A stretch of 64,000 nucleotides of DNA from an uncultured Dehalococcoidia bacterium (GTDB lineage Bacteria; Chloroflexota; Dehalococcoidia; Lucifugimonadales; UBA3495). The stretch covers positions 64,001 to 128,000 of the forward strand of contig CATMOE010000001.1 of the NCBI GenBank assembly GCA_950072105.1. Direction: 5' to 3'. The notes beneath the pieces are model-generated. The model had not been told where the DNA came from, ran no database searches, and saw nothing but the letters and a program-made list of their open reading frames with translations. A program made the position numbers and the translations under genes. Within the stretch, counting starts at the first letter, position 1; each line of letters starts with the position of its first letter. Positions 1 through 10,300 of this stretch are shown in pieces.

Positions 1-45
1 AATTACCGTTGGAGCAAGAGAATCTAATACGATCACGAACCTGGC

Positions 46-75
46 TGGGAGCCGGAGACTTTGATCCGGCTCCCA
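46..75. terminator. GC-rich hairpin just downstream of the minus-strand cupredoxin/MBL gene
   Basis: TGGGAGCCGGA-N8-TCCGGCTCCCA, an 11-bp inverted repeat 7 nt past the stop at 83; no clear U-tract. Confidence 0.5.
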
Positions 76-82
76 AGCTCCT

Positions 83-2151
83 CTAATCGATCCGTAGGCT
101 CTCCAACAGCCGGGCGCAGTGACTGGCGGTAAACAGGTCCGCCCCTCCCAGGAGCTCGCCCCATTTCTCCAAGGTCAGATCGGCGCACTCCTCTTCAACG
201 GCGCCCAGGTAAGTGCCGAACATCAGCCAGGGGTTCTCAAACCCGGTCTGTTGAGCAATGGTCATGAAATCCACGGTCTGAAGGGCTTTGGCGGCATTGG
301 ATTGCATATCCAGCACATACTCTTTCTGGGTTTCGACATCCTCCCTGGTGGCCGTGCGGCCCAGGTGGCCCGACACCAGGGTATCGAAATCGTAGCTTAA
401 GACGTCATCGTGGGCCTGGATAAAGGCCGGTACGTCCTCGGCCACGGCGAGCTCTAGGAATGGCGTCCAACCGGGGAAGATAACATCAATCAGCAGCAAC
501 ACTTTCTGCTTTGGGGCATAGATGTAGATGTTGCCCTGCTCGTGCGCAGGCCCCCGGTACTCCAACTCCAGGGTTTGATTGCCGACGGTGATGGTGTAGG
601 TGTCGGAGAAAGTAACCGTCGGCGCGGGGACCGGGCCGCCGCCTACGAACGTGCCGAAGGGGATTGGCCGCTCACGGGCCAACTGGGAGGCTGTATCTTC
701 ATGGGCTATGTAGACCGCATCGGCCGGGAACATGCCGGCAGCGGCGATGTGGTCGGCGTGAGAGTGGCTGTAAATCACGTGAGTCACCGGCTCGTCGGTA
801 ACCTCGGCGATCGCCTTCAAGTATTTATCTCCGATAGAAGGCGGGGCGTCCACGGCGATGACTCCCTCCCCGGTGGTCAGGAACATAACCTGGTACGCGC
901 CTTCGGTAACCCAGTAAAGTCCGTCGCCCAGGTCCTCAACCAGATATCCCTTGTCCTGCGGAATAGCCGGACCCATCGCCGCAGCTGGGACGGGAGCCGC
1001 GTCCGGAACGTGGACCCCTGCGGCGGTCACCGTCACCGAACCTTCCATCCCCAGCACCCGATGAATGGCGCACATATATTCATAGGACCCGGCCTTGCTG
1101 AAAGTCATGGCAAATGCCTTGCCACCGGGCAAAGCCATGGAGTCGACGCCCATGACTCCAGAACCCGGTGCCGTCGAACTCCCCAGAGGGCTAAGGTAAA
1201 TACATCTGGAACGTTTGCGCTGGAGATCTGCGCCATCAAGTCCGGGGGAAGTCTTCCCGGATGAAAGGTGACATTGTGGTACATGACCGAAGTCCAGATT
1301 ACCGTGTCACCTTCCTGGACCGTGATATCCCCCGGCAAGAAGTCGAAAGCCTGAGCGGTGGGCGGGTCACCGGCGGCGCCGGCTTGCACGTGCCATATCG
1401 TCGTGCCACCGGGACCCAGTTCGCTCCTGGCGCTCGCTCCGGCGACGACTAACCGGTCAATCTCAGCTTTGAGGATGTCCTCTTCCTTCTTGGCTTGAGC
1501 GTTTATCTCGGCTTGGGTAGGAACGTCGGGGTCATTGGCCGCTACTACCGTGACTGTAGCCTTCATCGGAGGATGGAGCACGCAAAGATATTCGTAAGTC
1601 CCGGGCTTGCTGAAGGTGAGCCGGAGGTCATAGTTGGGGGGTACTCCCGGCGGCCCGGCCGGAAAATTGTACATGATTCCCGAGGTGTGAAAGCCGGTGC
1701 CGTCGTACACTAAAGCCGGCTTGGTCGGACCATTGGTTGGAAAGGCTAATTTCTGGTTAACCTGCAGTTCGTTGGGCTCGCCGCCCGGCACGGGAACGAA
1801 TACGGGTGGAGTCTTGGCGCCGGAAAGAAATACGGTGGTGTGAAATTCTTCCGGGTGGTTCAACTCCCACATTATCGTGTCGCCGGCGCGGATGGTCACG
1901 CTGGACGGAAGGAATGCGTTTACCGCGACCGTGTCCGTCCCGGCGCCCACCAAAACCGTTAGCAATCGGGCCTCGGCCGGTGGTAGTGGCGTCGCCGCGG
2001 CTCCTACCTCAACTATCCGAGTTACCTCGATCTCACGGATCGTTTCGATTCTTGTAGTACAGGCGGCGATCGCGACGGCCAAACCCAAGACCAGAGCTAG
2101 CCAAAGAAATTGTCTCGCGAACCACCGTGGCCACCGCCGCATACATCCCAC
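83..2151 (-). pseudogene. Lipoprotein with two type-1 copper (cupredoxin) domains fused to an MBL-fold hydrolase; frameshifted into ORFs 1105..2151 and 83..1153
   Basis: Lipobox AIAAC; Cu motifs H...YLCVLHPPM and H...YMCAIHRVLGM; MBL motif SHSHADH...H...D...GH. The second cupredoxin domain is split over three frames at about 1160-1192. Confidence 0.75.
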
Positions 2152-2186
2152 CCTTCGTCACACCAACCAGTTGATACCACAGCCCA

Positions 2187-4244
2187 TTATGGGGATTCTA
2201 CCGGTAATTTCAACACCCCGGGCCTGGGAGTACCCGGGACCAAACCCAGCAAACGGAACAGGGAGAAGTTGGCCACGTACAATGTGTCGGAGTTTTCTCC
2301 CACGCCGAACCTCAAGTCGGAAGGGTTCTGCAACGGGCTGCCCTCATCCAGAGTCGTGATGTCGCCCTGTGGAGATATGCTAATCACCCGGTCGTTCCCC
2401 ACCACCGCCACATATAGGTTTCCATCTTTACCAAGGACCATGCCGTCGGGAAATCCAATCTTGTCCAAGTCTTCCACGAAATCTTCGACGTTCCCGGCGC
2501 TCCCGGCGACGCTCACTGGGATCCGGACGATACGGCCATGTTCGGTGACCGCCACGTAGAGGTTCTCTCCAGCCGCGTCGAAGGCCAAACCGTTGGCCCC
2601 CAGGGGTATGCCCAGCGGGGAAACTATGGGAATTATTCCCAGAAGTAGCGGGTCTTCCTTCCAGGTGACGGCGTTACCGCTCTGGTCGATCTTCCAGATA
2701 CTACCTCCGATAGTGTCCGACACGAAGAGATCGCCGTTGCTATCGAAAGTGACCACGTTGGGTAACTTGGTGGGATCCAGAGCGGCAAATCGCTCGGCGT
2801 CGCTGCCGTCGGCGCTGACCTTCCACACCCCATGGGTTTCGGGGATGAAGCTAGCCATGGCAACGTACAGATCTCCGTTGGAGCTGAATTCCATGCCCAG
2901 CATGAAGCCCTCGCCAGGAGCGGGCAATTCCGCGAAGGTTGAAACATCCCCATCGGTCGTGATCTTCTTGATCTCTCCCGTGAAAGCCATGCTTACGTAG
3001 ATGTTCCCGTCCCGGTCTACCGCCAATCCTTCAGGAAATTCATTCGCGCCGGGATCCAGCGCCGATACCAGGGAAACGTTTCTTTCGGTGACGGTTACCG
3101 TGCCCTCCATACCCTGCTCTCGGTGGAAAATGCAGAAATACTTGTAGGTGCCGGGTTTATCGAACTTCAGCGACCAACTGTTTCCGGAAACGCTGAACGG
3201 TCCCAGATCGGCCGAATTAAAGTATTGGGCTGGGTCAAACACGGGCGACGGCTTGGCCGGCCGGAACGCCGCATTGCTTTGACGGAGCAGGGGCGGCCCC
3301 TGGGGCTGGGGTTCCGGAATCACGAAGGGCGCCGGTTCGGGGGCCGGGTCGAAGGTGATGCTGTGGAAAAAGTCGGACCCCCACACCACCGTGTCGCCCG
3401 ATTTGATGGTGATGTCCTGGGGGAAGAACTCTAGGATCTGGGTGTTCATGTCACCAGTCACCATCTCGGTAGCCCCGGCCTTGACCTGCCAACTGTCGTT
3501 ACCGTCGGCGGCCACGTCGCTATGGAACATGAAGTTGGCGAGTCCTTCGGCCTGCCCTGCAGCCTGCTGCCGAGCCAAATTCAGCCTGGCTTGCGCTGTT
3601 CCCGATTCTTGCTTGGCTTGGGCGTCGATGTCCCCTTGCGAGGGCGCCACCACCGGCGCATCGGCGGCCAGGACCTCAACTGTGCCGGTCATATTGCCAG
3701 GATGAATCAGGCAAAGGTAATTGAACGTACCCGCTTGGGCAAAGGTCAGGGTTATCCGGTCATTGGGCGGAGTCCCTGGGGGTCCTTGGGGGATCTCTGA
3801 GAGTATCCCTGAAGTGAAGAAACCTGCGCCGTCGTAGCTTTCCACGCCGGCCCCGGGCAACCTAGTCGGAAATGCGACTTGCGGGTTCATCATGAAATTG
3901 CCGGGCTCCTCGCCAGGGATCGATGAAAAGAATTCCGGGACTCGCGCCCCCTCCGGCAAGAACGTTACCGTATGGATCTCATCGCTGTCGATCTTCCAGG
4001 TGACGGTGTCTCCTACCCTTACTCTCAGGTTTCTCGGGAAAAAAGCCATTATAGCCTCAGTATCCCGGCCTGCCCCTACCAAGAGGTTCAGTTCCCTCGG
4101 TTCGGCGGAAACCGGAGCCGCGGCAACGGGAACTTCCCGAGTCACCTCAACAATTTTCTCGATCTCTACCTCGGTTGTACAGGCGGCAATGATCAATGCC
4201 ATCGGGAGTAGGGCCGCCAGGAAAATATACTTATACAATTCCAA
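2187..4244 (-). CDS. Lipoprotein: two cupredoxin domains plus a C-terminal SMP-30/gluconolactonase-like beta-propeller
   Basis: Lipobox IIAAC; motifs YLCLIHPGNM and YFCIFHREQGM; propeller repeats FPEGLAVD, PNVVTFD, ANGLAFD, FPDGMVL; GGAGG RBS upstream. Confidence 0.85.
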   Translation of the reverse strand: MELYKYIFLAALLPMALIIAACTTEVEIEKIVEVTREVPVAAAPVSAEPRELNLLVGAGRDTEAIMAFFPRNLRVRVGDTVTWKIDSDEIHTVTFLPEGARVPEFFSSIPGEEPGNFMMNPQVAFPTRLPGAGVESYDGAGFFTSGILSEIPQGPPGTPPNDRITLTFAQAGTFNYLCLIHPGNMTGTVEVLAADAPVVAPSQGDIDAQAKQESGTAQARLNLARQQAAGQAEGLANFMFHSDVAADGNDSWQVKAGATEMVTGDMNTQILEFFPQDITIKSGDTVVWGSDFFHSITFDPAPEPAPFVIPEPQPQGPPLLRQSNAAFRPAKPSPVFDPAQYFNSADLGPFSVSGNSWSLKFDKPGTYKYFCIFHREQGMEGTVTVTERNVSLVSALDPGANEFPEGLAVDRDGNIYVSMAFTGEIKKITTDGDVSTFAELPAPGEGFMLGMEFSSNGDLYVAMASFIPETHGVWKVSADGSDAERFAALDPTKLPNVVTFDSNGDLFVSDTIGGSIWKIDQSGNAVTWKEDPLLLGIIPIVSPLGIPLGANGLAFDAAGENLYVAVTEHGRIVRIPVSVAGSAGNVEDFVEDLDKIGFPDGMVLGKDGNLYVAVVGNDRVISISPQGDITTLDEGSPLQNPSDLRFGVGENSDTLYVANFSLFRLLGLVPGTPRPGVLKLPVESP

Positions 4245-4497
4245 TTCCTCCGAATATTGATGGGCTGATATTATCCGAACTTAATAGGGCGTCGGAAATT
4301 GTAATTACAGGCGTGGCCAATAGTCAATGCGAAGCTCTACGTCGTGTTCGGCTTTGGTTCCCATCGGCGCCAAGGCATCTGGCTAGGGTACTTGGTGTAA
4401 GACCCTGGGTTCCCGATAATCATTAGACTATAATGCGGGGGCTTAGCCTGATCCACGATTTCGAAGATACGGTGCGAAGACACCCTGCGAGGACGCT

Positions 4498-5601
4498 ATG
4501 AAAAGCATTGAGCTTGATTACACCAAGCGGTGCGGAGACGAACCGGCCAAAGGGCACAACCGTTGGCATCCTGACATCGCCCCAGCCCTTACCGCCGACC
4601 CTGGCGAAGAGGTCGTTCTTCAGACCAGGAACGCCTTTGATGGAGAGGTGAAGCCAAGTTCCCGCGCCGGCGACCTGAACAATCTGAACCTCAACGTGGT
4701 GCATCCACTAACCGGCCCTGTGTTCGTCAATGGGGCCGAACCGGGCGACCTTCTAGAGGTAAACATCCTCGAGATCGAACCGGCGGCCTGGGGATTCACT
4801 ACCATCATCCCCGGATTCGGGTTCCTAAGAGACGTGTTCCTGGAACCTTACATCGTCCATTGGATCATCGAAGACGGCTATGCCGAGTCGCCGGACCTCC
4901 CCGGTGTCCGGATCCCCGGAGCGCCTTTCATGGGCACCATAGGGGTTGCCCCGTCCAGGGAGTTGCTCCGGGAGATCTTCTTGCGAGAAGACGAACTGCT
5001 CCAGAGAGGCGGCGCAGTGTTGGGCCCAGAGCCTAACGATGCCGTCCCGGCCCAGGAACCTATCGCATCCGAGGCGCTTCGCACCATTCCCCCACGGGAG
5101 CACGGCGGCAACTTGGACATCAAACAACTGACCGCCGGAACCAGACTATTGTTGCCGGTGTTCACACCGGGAGCGCTCTTTTCCGCCGGGGACGCCCATT
5201 TCGCCCAGGGAGATTCCGAGTGTTGCGGTACGGCAGTGGAGATGGACTGCACCCTGCACGTCAACTTCCAGGTCCGTAAAGGAGAAGCAGCCCGGCGAAA
5301 CTTGAGGTTCCCCATCTTCGAACGAGACGACTATTTCACCACTCCGGAGATGGCGGCGCCGCGCCGGTTCATAGCGTCTACCGGCATGTGCATCGCTGAC
5401 GGCGTTAACGAATCGGAGAACGCTACCCTGGCGGCACGAAATGCTCTACTGACCATGATTCAACTGCTCATGGAACGGGGTTGGTCCCGCGAACAAGCGT
5501 ATTGCATCTGCAGCGTGGCGGTGGACCTGAAAGTAAGCCAGGTGGTGGACGTACCCAACTTCGTGGTGTCCGCGTTTCTTCCACTGGACATCTTCGTCTA
5601 A
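4498..5601 (+). CDS. Acetamidase/formamidase family protein
   Basis: HNRWHPDI, HPLTGPV, GGNLD and GDAHFAQGDSECCGTAVE motifs. Confidence 0.9.
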   Translation: MKSIELDYTKRCGDEPAKGHNRWHPDIAPALTADPGEEVVLQTRNAFDGEVKPSSRAGDLNNLNLNVVHPLTGPVFVNGAEPGDLLEVNILEIEPAAWGFTTIIPGFGFLRDVFLEPYIVHWIIEDGYAESPDLPGVRIPGAPFMGTIGVAPSRELLREIFLREDELLQRGGAVLGPEPNDAVPAQEPIASEALRTIPPREHGGNLDIKQLTAGTRLLLPVFTPGALFSAGDAHFAQGDSECCGTAVEMDCTLHVNFQVRKGEAARRNLRFPIFERDDYFTTPEMAAPRRFIASTGMCIADGVNESENATLAARNALLTMIQLLMERGWSREQAYCICSVAVDLKVSQVVDVPNFVVSAFLPLDIFV

Positions 5602-6437
5602 AGACGAGGAATCGGGCGATATCGTTCGTCGTCCTTAGCGGATAGAGCCGGGCATCATATCGCCCGGATTCAGGCCGTACGGTAGCGATGGATCTGGTCC
5701 ACAAGTCATATGCCATCGCCGGTAAAATCACCGCCGCGTCAACTGCCTCGACCACTTTCCGGGTAACGCAAACACTCGTCCATCCGGCGATAACGCGCTT
5801 CTAATTTTGACATCCCGCTTAGCCCCACCCCTGATTCCAACAGCGAACCCACCACCCGCATTTTTACCCTACCTGTGATTTCATGGGTAACCATTATCTT
5901 GGGTACCCTAACTCAGAACGAGTGCCTCAACTTGACGCCATTGGTTATCTTTATTAGGTCACCACATTTTTGCGGCTTATGAGTATTCAAGTTAATCTGT
6001 ACCATTTAGTCTTACATACCCATTAGGTATCCCATAATTCACATTCATTCTTCAGTCACTAACATTGATCCCACGTATCCATTTAAACTAGCCTTTCGAA
6101 CATTACTACGCAGAGATAAGTTTAATCAAATCGGAAATTTAGATGAAAATACAGGATGATGACTTCATTAAATTGGGTTACTGAAGGGCGATTATGTACG
6201 GTTGCAAATAGCGAGACCTACATCGTTTGGGTCAATAAAATAGTCTGTTCTAGAAAACGCTGGTCTTCTAGATAACCCAAGTTTGGAGGACGAGGGGTAC
6301 CGAATAAATCGGCCAGACTTTAAGAAAGGGGCCGCGGGTGGATCCGCGTGGAGAGAACTAAAAAGGATTGTAAGGAAAGGCTACGGGTGCCGGTGTCAAC
6401 TGGGCCGGTTGGGGAGAGACCGAGGGCGGGATTACCC

Positions 6438-7202
6438 TTAGCTTAGGGGCGCGAAGAACTCCCGGCGGTCGGCGTCGGGAAAGCCGTCCACGGCGGTAAG
6501 GACCATGCCCGGTTGCTCGATGCCTGCCCGGACGATCCACTTGTTGAATTCACCTACGTTTTCGTTGTTCAGAAACTCCTGGACGGGCATCCAAAGACAT
6601 TCCTGGATCTCCTCGGCCTGCATGGTGATCTCGGTGGTCAGGGGCCGCAACCGGCAAACGAAATAGATGTCCGATTTGCCGTACCGGTAGCCGTGCCAGT
6701 GCCGGAAGCAGACCACCGACTCGAACTGGGACTCAACTCCGGTCTCTTCCAAAACCTCCCGGACAACGGCTTCCGCCAGATGCTCCCCGGCCACCAATGC
6801 GCCGCCCGGCAGTTTCAATGTTGGGGTCCTTCCCCGGTAGCCAACCTTCTCCCGCACCACCAGCAGGTCGTTCGATTCGGTGAGTACGATCCCGCCGGCC
6901 CCGATGTAGTGGGAGGCGTAGGGAGGAATGTGGGAACCCTCTCTTAACGCGCAGGTCAGCAACAGGTAGTCTTCCCCAGCATGGTGGTAGGAAAACCCGG
7001 CCTCCACGGCTATCGGAACCAGGGCGGCCTTGGCGATGGAAATCTCCAACCAAACCACCAATACGCCTTGGGAGCGCCATGATTCCAACGAGTTATCAAG
7101 TTGCCCCCGGAACGCCGCCGGGTCGCCGGTCAGGCTGTCTGCTTTGGTTACCACGCCGCCAAATGGATTATTGGCGGACTCAATGATTTCCGGCATATTC
7201 AC
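6438..7202 (-). CDS. NUDIX hydrolase with an N-terminal pre-Nudix domain
   Basis: Nudix box PGG..VAGEHLAEAVVREVLEETGV; N-terminal SLESW/GFSYHHA and YGKSDIYFVC resemble the plant NUDT2/8-type family. Confidence 0.85.
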   Translation of the reverse strand: MNMPEIIESANNPFGGVVTKADSLTGDPAAFRGQLDNSLESWRSQGVLVVWLEISIAKAALVPIAVEAGFSYHHAGEDYLLLTCALREGSHIPPYASHYIGAGGIVLTESNDLLVVREKVGYRGRTPTLKLPGGALVAGEHLAEAVVREVLEETGVESQFESVVCFRHWHGYRYGKSDIYFVCRLRPLTTEITMQAEEIQECLWMPVQEFLNNENVGEFNKWIVRAGIEQPGMVLTAVDGFPDADRREFFAPLS

Positions 7203-7346
7203 ATCTTTGATCAGATTCTGGTTCCCACGTCTTCTGAAACCGTCTCAGTATAGCTGAAATACCCCCTCACCAATTCGCGTTCTTAGTCCAATTAAATCCA
7301 ATCGTTGGGGTATGACAGGAGCCGTGCAAGTCAGATGGCCGCCCTG

Positions 7347-7355
7347 TGCTAAACT
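7347..7355 (+). promoter_or_regulatory. Extended -10 element of lhr (probably leaderless mRNA)
   Basis: TGcTAAACT, then 6 nt, then the ATG at 7362; no SD sequence. Confidence 0.5.
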
Positions 7356-7361
7356 TCGTTC

Positions 7362-10300
7362 ATGCCGCTCTCCCAATTCCATCCCATCATCCAAGAGTGG
7401 TTCCAAAGCCGGTTTCAGGGGCCCACCGAGGCCCAGGCAGCCGGCTGGCCGGCCATCGCCCAGGGCAAACATACTCTGATCTCGGCGCCCACGGGTTCGG
7501 GTAAAACCCTAGCCGCCTTCCTGACCTGCATCGATCAATTGGTGCGCCAGGGCATAACGGAGGAATTACCCGACGCCACCCAGGTGGTCTACGTTTCGCC
7601 CTTGAAGGCCTTGTCCAACGATATAAAGAAGAACCTGGCCGTTCCGCTGGAAGAGATAACCGCCCTAGCCGAACAGCGGGGCACTCCCATTCCGGAGATC
7701 CGAACCGGGGTGCGCACCGGGGACACCACAGCTTCAGAGCGGGCACGGATGGCCAAGCGGCCTCCCCACATACTGATTACTACCCCAGAGTCCCTCTACA
7801 TCTTGCTGACGTCGGAAAGTGGCCGGCGGGGCCTCAGATCGGTCAAAACCCTCATTCTCGACGAGATTCACGCCGTGGCTGACGATAAACGCGGCTCGCA
7901 CCTGTCCCTGTCCGTGGAGCGCCTTTGCGCGCTGGCCGAAGGCCCCGTGGCCCGCATCGGTCTCTCCGCCACCCAGCGCCCCATCGAAGAAGTGGCTCGA
8001 TTCTTGGTCGGAAACCCGGAGATCGACGCCGAAGGAACACCCAACTGCTTGATCGTCGACACCGGACGCGCCCGGACCGTGGACCTAGCAATCCAGTTAC
8101 CCCAGTTGGAGATGGGCCCTATCGCCACCCACGAGCTCTGGGCAGATACGTTGGACGCTATCACTCGACTAGTGGAGGAGCACAAGACGACTCTGGTCTT
8201 TGTGAACACCAGGCGGTTGGTCGAGAGGGTTTCCCATCAGCTTTCCGAAAGGATGGGGGATGACGCCGTGGTGGCCCACCACGGCAGCCTGTCCCGGGCC
8301 ACTCGTCTGGCCGCCGAGGAGAAACTGAAGTACGGCCAAGTCAAGGTTTGCGTAGCCACGGCCTCCCTGGAATTGGGCATCGACATCGGAGACGTGGAAC
8401 TAGTCTGCCAGATCGGCTCGCCCCGTTCCATCGGCCTACTACTCCAGCGCATCGGAAGGTCAGGGCACACCGTTGGGGGAACCCCCAAAGGACGGCTTTT
8501 CCCCTTGACCCGGGACGAACTGGTTGAGTGCGCCGCCCTGGCCAGGGGAATAGCCCAGGGTAATCTGGACGCATTGAAGATTCCGCCCTGGCCTCTGGAC
8601 ATCTTGGGACAGCAGATGGTAGCGGCCTGCGCCGCCGAGGACTGGGGCGAAGACGCGCTGTTCGAGCTTTGCCGCAAAGCCTACCCATATCGCGACCTGC
8701 CCAGGGAAAAGTTCGACGACGTCGTGGATATCCTGTCGCAGGGGTTCGCTCCCAGGCAAGGGCGGAACGGCGCGCTCCTGCACCGGAACGGCGTGAACCA
8801 CCTGCTAAAAGGGCGGCGCGGGGCCCGCATAACCGCCCTGACCAGCGGCGGCGCCATCCCGGACAACGCTGATTACGACGTTATCGCGGAACCCGAAGAG
8901 ACTTTCGTCGGCACGGTCAACGAGGACTTTGCCATAGAGAGCGTGGCCGGAGATATTTTCCTGTTGGGCAACACGCCCTGGAAGATTCGCCGGGTGGAGA
9001 GAGGCCGAGTGCGGGTTGAAGACGCCCAGGGTCAGTCGCCCACGATCCCCTTCTGGCTAGGGGAGGCCCCAAGTAGGACCTGGGAGCTATCAGAAGAAGT
9101 TAGCTATTTGCGAGAGGGAGTAGATCAACGGTTGGAGCACCCGCCGGAGGCCGAGGAATGGCTGATGGAGGGATCCAAGATCTCCCAGGAAGCCGCTCGG
9201 CAGATCGTCGCCTACATCGTTGAGGGTAAGAAAGTCTTGGGCATTGTGCCTACGGCAAACCGCATCGTCGCCGAGCGGTTCTTCGACGAAAGCGGGGGGA
9301 TGCAGTTGGTGATCCACGCTCCCTTGGGCGCCGCCATCAACCGGGCATGGGGAATGGCCCTGCGAAAGCGTATCTGCCGCACTTTCGACTTCGAACTTCA
9401 GGCATCGGCCACCGACGACGGCCTGAACTTCTCTCTGGGCCCTAGCATGTCGTTCCCGGTTACCGACGTGTTCAGCTATCTAACGTCCAAAACCGTGGAA
9501 GACGTATTGCTTCAAGCGGTGCTGCAGGCTCCACTGTTTGGGACGCGGTTCCGCTGGAACGCGACCAGGTTCTTGGCCTTGCTCCGCCATATGGGAGGCC
9601 GCCGGGTCCCCGCGCCGATACAACGCATGAGGTCCGACGACTTGCTGGCGGGAGTTTTCCCCGCCCAGGTTGCCTGCCAGGACAACGCCATGCCGGGAGA
9701 TATCGAGCCACCCGACCATCCCTTGGTTTTCGAAACTATCCGCGACTGCCTGACCGAAGCCATGGACATAGAAGGCCATAAGGGGGTGTTGGCGCGAATC
9801 GAGAACGGCGAGATTGAGATCTACGGCAGAGAAACGGTCCAGCCCTCGGTTTTTGCCCACCAGATATTAAACGCCATGCCCTACGCCTTCCTTGACGACG
9901 CCCCCTTGGAAGAACGGAGGGCCCGCGCCGTGTCGCTGCGCCGGGCGCTGCCCGATGACTCCCGCGACCTGGCTTCGCTGGATCCGGCGGCCATCCAAAA
10001 AGAATCGGACAACGCTTGGCCGCGAATCCGCGACGCTGATGAACTCCACGACGCGTTACTCAGCCTGGGGATACTGCCGGAAAAGATCGCCCTGAAAAAC
10101 GGCCGGGACACGGGTTCTCAGGAAATCACTCAGTGGTTCCAAGATTTGGCGAGCGTCGGCCGGGCCTACCGGCTGATCAGAGATGATAACGGCGCGGTTT
10201 GGGTGGCGACGGAGAAGCTAGCGGCATACGCAGCCGCCTTCCCAGATTCAGAGTTAACCGCCCAACTCCCTATCTCCGTGGAACCGCATGCCGAATCGTC

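Noticed and set aside
5870..6300. Replication origin (oriC)
   Set aside because: AT-rich, but no TTATCCACA-type DnaA boxes were found and there is no dnaA/dnaN context
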